NCBI GenBank assembly: GCA_036277095.1 | Contig: DASUNP010000005.1 | Coordinates: 411,775 to 475,774 of the forward strand | Direction: 5' to 3' | From: Blastocatellia bacterium | Lineage (GTDB): Bacteria > Acidobacteriota > Blastocatellia > UBA7656 | Length of the DNA: 64,000 nt | In this document: positions 46,402-55,881 of the stretch, piece after piece | How positions within the stretch are numbered: the stretch's first letter is position 1 | Layout of the letters: each line of letters opens with the position of its first letter | Notes under the pieces: generated by a model | The model's input: the letters and a program-made list of their open reading frames with translations, nothing else | Databases searched by the model: none | Told to the model about the DNA's origin: nothing | Made by a program: the position numbers and the translations under genes

Positions 46402-48123
46402 TTAAACCTTGGCGAGCGTCAGCCCCTGCTGGTCCTGATATTTTCCGCCCCTGTCGCTGTAACTCGTCTCACACTCTTCGTCGGATTCAAAGAAGAGAAT
46501 CTGTATAAAGCCTTCTTCGGCGTAAAGCCGCACGGGAAGGTTCGCGGCGTTGTACAGCTCGACGACGAGTCGACCGCACCAGTTGGCTTCCAAAGGAGTT
46601 GTATTCGCCATCAACCCGCAATTGCTAACAAAAACTCCCGCCTCGATAGCAAAGTTTCCGGCTTCGGGCACAGTAAGGCAATAAACGTCATGGGTGCCGC
46701 CAACTTCAGAGACGGACAGTACCTTATGGTTCTTCTGCGGCTCGCCTCGAAAGGCTTTTATGACCTCCGGGAATCTGCGAAATACCGAGCGATCACATTG
46801 TAATAACCGGGCAGCCCCCCGGATCGAGCCTGTTTCATCAAGGGCCGCTCTTACGACCTCTTCGTTTATTTCGAATCGCGTATTGAGTTGGCGCGCGATG
46901 CTGCGTTGCTTCTCGCGGCGCTCTATGTCGACGGATGCCCAATACTGTTTTGACTTTTCGGAAACTTCTTCACGGCGCTCCGGATGATTTGTCCAGAAGC
47001 TTTCTTGCCTCGTCCGCTGTTTGGCGCGCTCCGCTTCTGTCCAGTAGGCTCTCCGCTGATCACAGAGTCGTATACGTGCCTCTCGATAGGCATCATCCTT
47101 CCAAAACTTGCGCGTTCTTTCTGACTGTAACTTGCTATAACGAGCGCGCCACTCTTCGCTCTGTCGCAAACGATCAAAGGCCGCGCGGATCGACTCGCTG
47201 TGTTCTCGGGGATCGAAATCGGCTCCGTAGCTTATGCAGTTGTGATAGCGAATATGCTCGCCGGCATTCATCCGTGTGATGTTCAGCGGTATGTTGTTGG
47301 TCCGATCATTATCGATGTGGTGACGATGTGTGCCAGGAGAATCTTCATAAATACCATTTCGAAGATTCCACTCATCGGCCAGGCGGTGCGTAGGAATCAA
47401 ATGACCGTTGATCGGTTGATAAACCATCTCATATCCACGATGAAGTTGACGATACAACGGCATGAGCGAATCACCTGGGCGCAGATCATGGGCCTGAACC
47501 ATTCGCCCATCTCGACGGATGAATTCATGGTCGGGAGTGCAAAGAATAGGTTTATCATTATCAAGCACTATCTTTATCAAAGAATCACGCCCAATATACC
47601 TTGGGTTATCCAGAAGCGAGACGATAATCCGTCCGTTAGGCCCTACGCTGTATCCCCAAAATAACTCGCCCTTTTCAGCCCGACAGGCCATCTCTTCCAA
47701 TGTCGGCGATGTGCCATCAACAAGCTCAACGCGCGTGTCCCCGCGAAAACATCTCGCGTAAGTCGATTTTCCGATCGCGAGCGCCGTTACATTGCGGGGT
47801 ATGTTGAACCGCTCGATCGTGACCCCGAGCGCGTAAGAGTGCGGTGGCAACAGCCAGTACTCGGAGCCGTCATCCGCACGGCGAATAGGCACATTCAGCA
47901 GACTGTTCGGGTCGAAGTTCTTCGGGTCGATCTCGGTCCCTGTGACGGGGGAGAAGACTTTGAACTCGTCGCGCGCCAACCGGCAGTCGTAACCGTAGCT
48001 CGACAGCCCGCAGCTAATAATCCGCCTGTCATCTACGCGGCGCACCAGGCGCTCTTCGTACGGATTGATAAGCCCCTCATCGCGGCACATGCGCTTAATC
48101 CAACCATCGGACTTGATTGACAT
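46402..48123 (-). CDS. dcd: dCTP deaminase interrupted by an intein (precursor 573 aa; exteins 124 + 72 aa)
   Basis: N-extein ...NIPRNVTALAIGKSTYAR and C-extein CGLMANTTP...GRLVVELYNAANLPVRLYAEEGFIQILFFE...YQDQQG align with E. coli Dcd (...LDGRSSLAR|LGLMVHV...[29 protein letters not shown]...YRNQQG). A 377-aa insert lies at the conserved AR|(L/C)GL position. Confidence 0.85.
   Translation of the reverse strand: MSIKSDGWIKRMCRDEGLINPYEERLVRRVDDRRIISCGLSSYGYDCRLARDEFKVFSPVTGTEIDPKNFDPNSLLNVPIRRADDGSEYWLLPPHSYALGVTIERFNIPRNVTALAIGKSTYARCFRGDTRVELVDGTSPTLEEMACRAEKGELFWGYSVGPNGRIIVSLLDNPRYIGRDSLIKIVLDNDKPILCTPDHEFIRRDGRMVQAHDLRPGDSLMPLYRQLHRGYEMVYQPINGHLIPTHRLADEWNLRNGIYEDSPGTHRHHIDNDRTNNIPLNITRMNAGEHIRYHNCISYGADFDPREHSESIRAAFDRLRQSEEWRARYSKLQSERTRKFWKDDAYREARIRLCDQRRAYWTEAERAKQRTRQESFWTNHPERREEVSEKSKQYWASVDIERREKQRSIARQLNTRFEINEEVVRAALDETGSIRGAARLLQCDRSVFRRFPEVIKAFRGEPQKNHKVLSVSEVGGTHDVYCLTVPEAGNFAIEAGVFVSNCGLMANTTPLEANWCGRLVVELYNAANLPVRLYAEEGFIQILFFESDEECETSYSDRGGKYQDQQGLTLAKV
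46621..47751 (-). mobile_element. Intein with HNH homing-endonuclease domain inside dcd
   Basis: Block A CFRGDTRVELVDG. Block B ILCTPDHEF. HNH motif THRHHIDNDRTNNIPLNITRMNAGEHIRYHN. Blocks F/G VYCLTVPEAGNFAIEAGVFVSN followed by the +1 Cys. Boundaries were verified codon by codon. Confidence 0.8.
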
Positions 48124-48602
48124 CCGCCCTCCTGAAAATCTATCTGTCGCTGCGATCAGGCGAGAAATTTAGCCGCCCGCGCCCGCCGAAGTCAAACCGC
48201 GCCGTGCCCAACGTAACTAATCTGCAACCCGAATGGGAAACGTTTCGTAGAATCTCCTTTACTCGCTTTGTAGTTCTTGTTATAAATGTGCGCGCAAATT
48301 GGCCCTGAATTTTCAAACAATATCCTCAAGCAGTGGACGGGCTTGTAGGTTGGGGAATAGGGAAAGAGTTCTATAAGCCACGACATAGACTGACCGCACC
48401 TGACAAAGCACTCATAGGACTGCCGATGTCTTGGGAGGCCGCCTGCTGAAGGTGTCCCTGGCTTTGGTGTGCATGTGCTCGCGCGCGAGCGCGAAAGCTT
48501 CAGGCTTAGTCTGTCCGTAGCTACATATCTTAAAGCCTATGCCCTAACCTTTGGCTGCGCGGATGCCGGTGCGCAAGAAAAAAACAACAAAGGAGCAGAT
48601 TG

Positions 48603-49910
48603 ATGAAATCACAACCTGTGATTGACGAGACGATCCGAACCGAAGCGTTCACAAAACACCTGGGAATGTTCGCCTTCCCCAGGGGGGCGAACCTCATAGA
48701 GAGAACAAAGCCGCTCGGCCGTTGGGTCGATGAGCGCACGAGCTTTTCCACCTGGCCTTATAGCCGCTCTCTTCGCGGCGCTCCTTCGACCGTCACTTCG
48801 CTCTCTTCGCAAAACGGGCGGGTCGTAGAAGGCATCAATTTCGGCTCTCAAGATTACCTGGGGCTGTCTCAGCACGCCTCCATACGCGACGCGGCGATCG
48901 CGGCCTTGATCGAATACGGCCCGCACGCCGCAGCCTCGCCCATGCTGCAAGGCAACACGGCTCTTTCGCGCGATCTCGAACAAGACCTCTCGGAACTGCT
49001 CAACATGGACCATGTCCTCTTATTCCCGACGGGCTGGGCCGCAGGCTTCGGCGCGATAGCGGGGCTCGTCCGGCCTCACGATCACATAGTCATAGATCAG
49101 CTCGCTCACGCCTGTCTCATGCAGGGCGCCCGCGCCGCGACCGCGAACCATCACTTCTTTCGCCACAACGATGTGGCCGACGTCCGCCAGAAGCTCGCAG
49201 CCATACGCGCGCGCGACGCGAAGCACGCAATCCTCGTAGTCTCGGAAGGCCTCTTTTCGATGGACTCCGACTGCCCGGACATCAGGGGTCTGCAAGAGGC
49301 CGCGCACGAATTCAACGCCGTTCTGCTAGTCGACGTGGCGCACGATCTCGGGGCCAGCGGACCGCGCGGCTCGGGCCAGATAGGCGTACAACACATGCTC
49401 GGCAACGTCGATTTAGTGATGGGCAGCTTCTCGAAGACCTTCTCAAGCAACGGAGGATTCCTGGCCACTCACGACCGCTCTGTGCGTCAGTACGTGAGCA
49501 TATACGCGGGCTCTCACACCTATTCGAACGCGCTCTCGCCCGTGCAGGCGGGCGTCGTCAAGGAAGCCCTCCGAATAGTGACGAGCGAGGAAGGTGAGCT
49601 GTTGCGCGCCCGCTCGCTAAAGAACATAACCGACATCAGACGTAGTTTCGCCGAGCGCGGCATAGAGTGCCTGGGCACTGGGTCGAACATCGTGCCCGTG
49701 ACGGTCGGCGACGAGCGGCTGGCTAAATGGACGAGCCGGTTGCTGGAGGAGAACGGGCTGCTGGCAAACCTGGTAGAGTTTCCGGCGGTGTCGAGAGGCC
49801 GCGCCAGGTTCAGATTTCAAGTAATGGCTTCGCACAACGAAGCGCAGATCGAGGCGGCGGTCGATATATTCTGCCGGTGCCTGGAACGTGCGCGCGCCGA
49901 TGTTTCTTAA
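48603..49910 (+). CDS. Alpha-oxoamine synthase family PLP enzyme (serine palmitoyltransferase / BioF / KBL-like)
   Basis: INFGSQDYLGL substrate motif. Fold-type I PLP Lys context GSFSKTFSSNGGF. ~60-aa N-terminal extension. ATG 48603 with AAGGAG SD; the track starts at the TTG three nt earlier. Confidence 0.7.
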   Translation: MKSQPVIDETIRTEAFTKHLGMFAFPRGANLIERTKPLGRWVDERTSFSTWPYSRSLRGAPSTVTSLSSQNGRVVEGINFGSQDYLGLSQHASIRDAAIAALIEYGPHAAASPMLQGNTALSRDLEQDLSELLNMDHVLLFPTGWAAGFGAIAGLVRPHDHIVIDQLAHACLMQGARAATANHHFFRHNDVADVRQKLAAIRARDAKHAILVVSEGLFSMDSDCPDIRGLQEAAHEFNAVLLVDVAHDLGASGPRGSGQIGVQHMLGNVDLVMGSFSKTFSSNGGFLATHDRSVRQYVSIYAGSHTYSNALSPVQAGVVKEALRIVTSEEGELLRARSLKNITDIRRSFAERGIECLGTGSNIVPVTVGDERLAKWTSRLLEENGLLANLVEFPAVSRGRARFRFQVMASHNEAQIEAAVDIFCRCLERARADVS

Positions 49911-49934
49911 ATTAGGTTGCTGTTGATTAGGAGG

Positions 49935-49988
49935 CCGCAAAGCTCGCTAACTTATCAGCGAGCTTTGCGGCTCTTTGCGCTCTTTGCG
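49935..49988 (+). terminator. Perfect 14-bp-stem hairpin plus CTCTTTGCG x2 tandem repeat after the oxoamine synthase gene
   Basis: ccgcaaagctcgct-aacttatc-agcgagctttgcgg followed by ctctttgcgctctttgcgtt. Confidence 0.55.
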
Positions 49989-50023
49989 TTGAAAATAGGT
50001 TTATCCAATTCTACTATCATCGC

Positions 50024-51583
50024 ATGGCCGAGCATTCGTTTGATAACGTCGGGCAGTTGTTGGGCGCGCGCGTCCGCGAATACCCGGAAAAAGATTTTCT
50101 GTTTTCAGAAAGCTCGGGGCGCGTATTCACTTACACAGAGTTTGACAGCGCGGTCAACCACGCCGCCGCTCTGCTGATCTCGTCGGGCGCGCGCAAGGGC
50201 GAGCGCGTGAGCCTGCTGCTTACAAACTCGGTTGAATACCTGATCTTCTATTTCGCCTGCTTCAAAATCGGGGCGTGGGCAGGCCCCGTCAACGCCTTGC
50301 TCAAGCCCCAAGAGATCGAATTCATTATCGGCAACAGCGAGTCTTCGACAGTCGTCACGCAACCGGACCTCTACGCGAAAATCACGCGCACGCCACAGCT
50401 TCAATCCGTCATAGTAATTGACGACGAGCAGCCGCTCGAAAAGGCCGAGAAAGCCATTTCGGAAATCACAGTTCGTTATGGCCTGCCTGCTGCCGAGCAT
50501 CTGGCAGACTTTCGCGCGCAGGCGGTTGACCCGGAGATCACAATTGATTCGGAAGCCGTCATCATCTACACGTCGGGGACTACGGGTAAGCCCAAGGGCG
50601 TGCTGCTCACGCACGGCAATCTCCTTGCCAACGCCGAGCAGATAAGCGACTGGCTGCGGCTTACGGGCGCGGACCGCTCGCTTTTGATAATGCCCTTGTT
50701 CCACGTCAACGCGTTGATGACGACCTGTCTTGCCGCGCTTTGGGCCGGCGGAAGCGTAGTGCTCGCGCCTCGCTTCAGCGCCTCGCGCCACTGGGAGACG
50801 GTCACGACTTACGGGGTCAGTTATTTCGGCTCGGTCGCGACGATGCTCTCGCTTCTAAACCAGACTTACCCCGAAGGCGTCCCCGCCGGTTTAGATATCA
50901 GCAGCCTGCGGTTCGCGCTGTGCGGCTCGGCCCCGGTGCCCGTCGAAGTGATGAAGCGGTTCGAGTCGCTTTTCGCCTGCCCGGTGATCGAAGGCTACGG
51001 GCTTTCGGAATCGACCTGCCGGTCGACATTTAATCCCACGAACGAGCGTCGCCGCGTAGGCTCTGTCGGGTTGCCCATAGGAAACGAGGTCAAGGTATTT
51101 GACGACGACGACCGCGAGCTCGGGCCGGGCGAGGTGGGAGAGATAGTGTTGCGCGGGCCAAACATAATGAAAGGCTATTACCACAACGAGGCGGCCACGC
51201 GCGAAGCATTTCGCTCGGGCTGGTTTCACACGGGCGATCTTGGTTACAAAGACGCGGACGGCTTCTTCTACATAGTCGACCGCAAGAGCGATATGATAAT
51301 TCGCGGCGGCGAGAACATCTACCCGCGAGAGATAGATGAAATCCTGTACCAGCACCCGAAGGTAAAAGACGCCGCGACCGTAGGCGTGAAGGACGCGCTT
51401 TTCGGCGAGGAGGTAAAATCATTTGTCGTGCTCGCCGAAGGCCAGCAGGCTACCGAGCAAGAGCTGTTGGATTTTTGCCGGGAGCGGCTTGCGGACTTCA
51501 AGTGCCCGAAGGCGATAGTCTTTCTTGACGATATTCCGAAAGGCCCGACTGGGAAGCTGCTCAAGCGAGAATTACAGAAATAG
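50024..51583 (+). CDS. Acyl-CoA (long-chain fatty acid) ligase, AMP-binding family
   Basis: AMP-binding motif IIYTSGTTGKPKGV, then GYGLSE and later GWFHTGD, and the C-terminal Lys (PKGPTGKLLKREL). Confidence 0.8.
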   Translation: MAEHSFDNVGQLLGARVREYPEKDFLFSESSGRVFTYTEFDSAVNHAAALLISSGARKGERVSLLLTNSVEYLIFYFACFKIGAWAGPVNALLKPQEIEFIIGNSESSTVVTQPDLYAKITRTPQLQSVIVIDDEQPLEKAEKAISEITVRYGLPAAEHLADFRAQAVDPEITIDSEAVIIYTSGTTGKPKGVLLTHGNLLANAEQISDWLRLTGADRSLLIMPLFHVNALMTTCLAALWAGGSVVLAPRFSASRHWETVTTYGVSYFGSVATMLSLLNQTYPEGVPAGLDISSLRFALCGSAPVPVEVMKRFESLFACPVIEGYGLSESTCRSTFNPTNERRRVGSVGLPIGNEVKVFDDDDRELGPGEVGEIVLRGPNIMKGYYHNEAATREAFRSGWFHTGDLGYKDADGFFYIVDRKSDMIIRGGENIYPREIDEILYQHPKVKDAATVGVKDALFGEEVKSFVVLAEGQQATEQELLDFCRERLADFKCPKAIVFLDDIPKGPTGKLLKRELQK

Positions 51584-51669
51584 TTTTAAGTTTTTAGTTT
51601 TCAGAATCTCTGAGAAGCAACGACGACTAGAAACCTAAAACTAAAAACCTAAAACTAAAAATTAAAAAC
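51584..51669. repeat. TTTTAGA/CTAAAAC-family heptamer palindrome
   Basis: gttttaagtttttagttttc ... gaaacctaaaactaaaaacctaaaactaaaaattaaaaac. Starts 1 nt after the acyl-CoA ligase stop. Its 3' arm overlaps the stop of the small minus-strand ORF. Confidence 0.7.
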
Positions 51670-51876
51670 TGTCTTAGCGATCCAGAAGGCGAGCGCGAGG
51701 CAGCCGAAAAATAGCGCGCCGCAAGCCACGGCCTCGCCTACGCGGAGCCGCCTTGAGCCGACAAGGGCAGGGTTTCGGCCTTCGGCCCGCGTGATCGAAG
51801 CTGCGATCCAGTGAGAAACCGTAAGCCAGACTAAAATGCCTGCGGCCAGTCCTATGATTGCTGATATGAAATACAA
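51655..51876 (-). CDS. Putative small two-TM membrane protein
   Basis: MYFISAIIGLAAGILVWLTV...ACGALFFGCLALAFWIA: two hydrophobic helices. Lies 15 nt downstream of sixA on the same strand. Confidence 0.35.
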   Translation of the reverse strand: MYFISAIIGLAAGILVWLTVSHWIAASITRAEGRNPALVGSRRLRVGEAVACGALFFGCLALAFWIAKTVFNF

Positions 51877-51891
51877 CTCTCGATCCCCGGT

Positions 51892-52401
51892 TCAGGATTT
51901 GGCGAGAAGGCGCAACTGCTTAGAGGTTAGCAGCCACATCAAATTGCCGTGAAGCGTCGGCACGGTTTCAATCACGTTGATCAAACAGACGCTGCCCTTC
52001 TTTAGGACCAGCGATAGATTTCCGTTGCCCTGCGCTACACGACTGATGATCTCGCCCAGGTCGGGCTGATGGCCCACGAGCGCGAGCGACTCTACGCCCG
52101 TGAGCTTTTTGATCTCGGCGAACAATCTGTCGATTGAAGCGCCCGGCTTGAGATTATCGGTCTGCTCAATCTCTTTTTTTGAAAGCCCCAGGCCGCTCGC
52201 CACGATCTCGGCCGTCTCGACGGCTCGCACGAGCGGGCTGGTGAGTATCAGGTCCAGCTCAACGTTAAGCTTTAGCAGGCCCTTTGCAATCTCCCGCATC
52301 CTCTCCCGCCCTTCACTGGTAAGATCGCGTTTCTCATCCGTGAAGTTGTTCTTCTTATCGAGCTGCTGTGCTATCGCATGCCGGATAATATAAAGATCCA
52401 T
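51892..52401 (-). CDS. sixA: Phosphohistidine phosphatase SixA (histidine phosphatase superfamily)
   Basis: N-terminal RHG-type motif LYIIRHAIA, then TSPLVRAVETAEI and LVGHQP. Confidence 0.7.
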   Translation of the reverse strand: MDLYIIRHAIAQQLDKKNNFTDEKRDLTSEGRERMREIAKGLLKLNVELDLILTSPLVRAVETAEIVASGLGLSKKEIEQTDNLKPGASIDRLFAEIKKLTGVESLALVGHQPDLGEIISRVAQGNGNLSLVLKKGSVCLINVIETVPTLHGNLMWLLTSKQLRLLAKS

Positions 52402-52614
52402 AAAGGTCTACCTTCCGAGACTGCTGATTATACGTTATCGGCGGGCCGGACGGCCAGGGTTCGATTTGAATGGCGCGACCCGTCAGAACGGGTTCCCCGG
52501 CGCTTACGCATAAGCCGGCGACTACGCTCTCCGCCGCGATTTGGGATTTCAAATCCCCGATAGTGCGAGTAAACTTTTCTAAGAGCGCAAGCACACATTT
52601 TGGGGCCGTAGAAG

Positions 52615-53736
52615 ATGACAATCAACCCGAAACCGTTTTACCTTGGCCGAGTCTTTGGCATACCGATCCGCGCGCACTACAGCTGGCTGCCGGTCTTCCC
52701 TTTTTACGCCTGGGCCATAGCCGAGTTCTTGCTGCCGCGCGAGATCAAAAACCTCGAGATGAGCGACCTGCCCGCTTATCAATACTGGGCGCTCGGGCTT
52801 ATGACCTCAATGCTGCTGTTCGCATCGGTCCTCGCGCACGAGCTTTCGCACGCCATCATGGCGCGCGCCGAAGGGTTCGGGACCGGCAACATCACGCTCT
52901 ACATGTTCGGCGGCCTCGCCTCGCTCGAAGGCCAGCCCGCCCAGCCTTCATCCGAGTTCAAGATAGCAATCGTAGGCCCGGCCGCCAGCTTCGCCCTCGG
53001 ACTTGTCTTCTACGGTCTGGCCGAAGCGATCAGTTACCAATCCGACGGCAGCGCCGTCAGCCTCGTGCTGCGCCACCTTGGACTGGTCAACTGGTTCCTC
53101 GCGGGATTCAACATACTGCCCGGGATGCCGCTCGACGGGGGCCGTGTGTTGCGCGCCCTGCTTTGGCGCTTCAATAAGAACTTCCGCGTGGCGACGCAAC
53201 TGGCCGTCCGCTCAGGATTCATGATCGCATTCTCGCTCGTAGCACTGGGCGTCTACTCTTTCCTCTACCAGGAGCGCATCACGGGGTTATGGAGCATCGC
53301 AATCGGGCTGATGATCGCGTTCATGCTCAACACGACCGAAGGGCACTCGCACCGCATACTTCGACCGAAGCGCGGCACTATAAATGAAGTGATGAACCCC
53401 GACGTCGTGCTGATCCCGCCCAACATGAAGATATCCGATTTCATAAATAAAGTGCTCAGGAATAATCATCACACCAGCTTCCCCGTAGCCCTCAACGGGA
53501 AGCTTCACGGGCTGCTGTTGCTCGAAGAGCTGAGATCACTCCCCGAAGAGAAGTGGGCGAGTGTCGAGGCCCACCAGGTCATGCGCCCCGTAGACAATTC
53601 GATGTTTTTGAGCCTTCAAACGCCGATAGAGGCTGCGCGGTCTTTGATGACCGGCAACGGGCTTGGCCGCGCGGTTGTGATCGATTCAAACGGGCTTATC
53701 GTCGGCTACCTGACTTTGAACGATGTAAGTAAATAA
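52615..53736 (+). CDS. Site-2 protease family (M50) metalloprotease with C-terminal CBS-domain pair
   Basis: HELSHAIMA (HExxH) in a TM helix. NILPGMPLDGGRVLRA (LDG motif). C-terminal CBS-like segments (…VVLIPPNMKISDF… …AVVIDSNGLIVGYLTLNDV). Confidence 0.75.
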   Translation: MTINPKPFYLGRVFGIPIRAHYSWLPVFPFYAWAIAEFLLPREIKNLEMSDLPAYQYWALGLMTSMLLFASVLAHELSHAIMARAEGFGTGNITLYMFGGLASLEGQPAQPSSEFKIAIVGPAASFALGLVFYGLAEAISYQSDGSAVSLVLRHLGLVNWFLAGFNILPGMPLDGGRVLRALLWRFNKNFRVATQLAVRSGFMIAFSLVALGVYSFLYQERITGLWSIAIGLMIAFMLNTTEGHSHRILRPKRGTINEVMNPDVVLIPPNMKISDFINKVLRNNHHTSFPVALNGKLHGLLLLEELRSLPEEKWASVEAHQVMRPVDNSMFLSLQTPIEAARSLMTGNGLGRAVVIDSNGLIVGYLTLNDVSK

Positions 53737-53746
53737 GATTCGTCTT

Positions 53747-55684
53747 CTATTTGGCTTTCGGCGCAGCGGCGCGATTTTTCTTCAGGTAAGAATTGAACCC
53801 TGCGAAAAGCGAAGCGGCGATGCGCTCGCGGAAGGACGAAGTCTGTAACAGCGCTTCGTCGCGCGGGTTTGACATGAAAGAGACTTCCGCCAACACGCTC
53901 GGCATTGCTGCGCCCAGCAGCACGACGAAAGGCGCGTGCTTCACCCCACGATTGGCCGCCGTGCGGGGCGACGTGGCGCCTATTCCGCGCACCAGGCCCG
54001 CCTGAATATAACGAGCAAGCTCACGGGATTCGGCCACGCGGTTTCCCACTGTGACGCTCGCGACTACGGGCTGGATTTTTTCGGCTGTGCTGTCGGAAGC
54101 TATCTTCGCGTTCTCGCGATTTGCCGCTTGAAGGTCTTCGGACTTCGCGCGGTCAGGGCTGAGGAAGAAAGTCTCGACTCCCGAAGCCGCCTTCGAAGGG
54201 CTCGCGTTGGCGTGAATCGATATGAACAGATCGGCCCGCCGCGAGTTGGCAATGGCGGTTCTCTCTTCGAGCGCGATGAAGCGGTCCGCGTCGCGCGTCA
54301 AGATGACCTCGACATCCGGGTAGTTGCGCTTGATGTAAGCGCGCAGGCGACGGGCAACATCAAGCACCAGGTCCTTCTCTTTCATTCCGCCGGGGCTTAT
54401 GGTCCCCGTGTCGTGCCCGCCGTGACCAGGGTCTATCACCACGCACTTGACCGGCGCTTCACTCGTCCTGCCGTCGACCGTCGTCGCAACGGCGCCTGTC
54501 GCCGGGGCCACCGGTTTAACGTCAGCCGCGTTGAAAGGCATTATCGGTTCGGTGATCTCGGGGAGCGCAAGCATCGCCTCTCCTCGCGAAGCCGGCCCGC
54601 CCGGTTTTACGGTCGACCCTGATGCGGGGCGATTTTCAGGTCTCGCCGCGCTAGCGGAATCATTAGCTTTCGCCTCCTCGCTTTCATGCGAATCCGAAGC
54701 AATCGAGTACCTCGGCTTCGCCGCCGTCCCTGCGGCGTGCAGGTCGATGACGATGCGCTCCGGGTCCGAGAGCCGGAACACGGAATGGTCGGAGAGCGAG
54801 CTTACATCGATATCGACTTTAACGCCCGACTGGTTGGCGCTGCTGACAACGATTCGCTTGAGCAAGCTGGACTCGCCAACTATAAAGCGCCGCCCATAGA
54901 GAGATGGCGACACGGCCGCGCCGCTCAGAAGCAGGCTCAAGCGATTTGCGCCCGCGCGCGAGTCTTCGAACGCCGTCTCGCCCGAAAGGTCGATGACCAC
55001 GCGCGCGTAATCAGGCCCGCTGAAGTTCCGCACGTTTGTCAGCCGCGCCTGGTTAGGCGACTCGGCGAGATTGCCATCAACGATTTCGCCGGAGACGAAA
55101 ACGTCTACGGGGCGATGGCTCAATTGCGCTTCAAACCTGGTCAGCACGGCCCGCGCCTCGCGCGCCATGACAGAGTTGGGATAATACTCGATCAACTCTC
55201 TGTAAGCGCTGGCCGCGCCGTCTAGGTCTTGCAGGTTCTCTTCGTAAATCTCGGCGATGTTTATAAGCGAGTCGCCGACGAAACTGCTCTGCGGGTGATC
55301 GGCGATTATTCTTCGGAGCGTCTCAATCGATTGCTGATAGAGCGCGGAATCGCCGGTGGCGTCGGCCATCTCGCGTTGAAGCTCGGCCATTCTTAGAAGC
55401 GATTCGGCGGTAAAAAAAGTGTCCGTGTTCAGACGTATGACCTGGTTGTAAGCGTCGAGCGCGCGACGGTAATCCGTGCTGCTCCTCTCTTCGAGAGGGC
55501 GCTCGTGCAGCGCGCGGCTGAAATCTTTGGCGTGCTGGAAGAGGCTTTCAGAGAGTGAGAGCGGCCCGCGCGCCGAGGCGCTCTCCGGGTCGGCGGCGTT
55601 TAAGCTGGGCCGGACCGTGAGGCAGAAAGCCAGCGCGAAGACGATAGCATTGATTATGAATTTCTGCCGCCCTGCTCTTTGCAT
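53747..55684 (-). CDS. N-acetylmuramoyl-L-alanine amidase (AmiC-like, Amidase_3) with N-terminal helical/TPR-like and AMIN-like domains
   Basis: Signal peptide. Amidase_3 motifs VIDPGHGGHDTG, ...RTAIANSRRADLFISIHANA, ...GVKHAPFVVL. Upstream ...YARVVIDLSGE and ...VKVDIDVSS AMIN-like segments. Confidence 0.8.
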   Translation of the reverse strand: MQRAGRQKFIINAIVFALAFCLTVRPSLNAADPESASARGPLSLSESLFQHAKDFSRALHERPLEERSSTDYRRALDAYNQVIRLNTDTFFTAESLLRMAELQREMADATGDSALYQQSIETLRRIIADHPQSSFVGDSLINIAEIYEENLQDLDGAASAYRELIEYYPNSVMAREARAVLTRFEAQLSHRPVDVFVSGEIVDGNLAESPNQARLTNVRNFSGPDYARVVIDLSGETAFEDSRAGANRLSLLLSGAAVSPSLYGRRFIVGESSLLKRIVVSSANQSGVKVDIDVSSLSDHSVFRLSDPERIVIDLHAAGTAAKPRYSIASDSHESEEAKANDSASAARPENRPASGSTVKPGGPASRGEAMLALPEITEPIMPFNAADVKPVAPATGAVATTVDGRTSEAPVKCVVIDPGHGGHDTGTISPGGMKEKDLVLDVARRLRAYIKRNYPDVEVILTRDADRFIALEERTAIANSRRADLFISIHANASPSKAASGVETFFLSPDRAKSEDLQAANRENAKIASDSTAEKIQPVVASVTVGNRVAESRELARYIQAGLVRGIGATSPRTAANRGVKHAPFVVLLGAAMPSVLAEVSFMSNPRDEALLQTSSFRERIAASLFAGFNSYLKKNRAAAPKAK

Positions 55685-55828
55685 TTTTATCGGTCAATTG
55701 GGGCGCTTTACAGGGAGCATCGCGCGAATCCGAATACGCTGATTGAATTTAATCTCGCCGCACCTGCCGCGACTCCCGCTCAGTATACATCAAACAAGGG
55801 GCCGCATATAAGTACCCATCGGGGGAAG

Positions 55829-55880
55829 GGCCATCTCAGATTTCAAATCTCAAATTTGAGATTTGAAATCTGAGATGGCC
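55829..55880. repeat. Perfect 26-bp-arm palindrome, TTTCAAATCTCAAAT family
   Basis: ggccatctcagatttcaaatctcaaat|ttgagatttgaaatctgagatggcc. Lies between the amidase start and the transglycosylase stop. Confidence 0.8.
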
Positions 55881-55881
55881 G

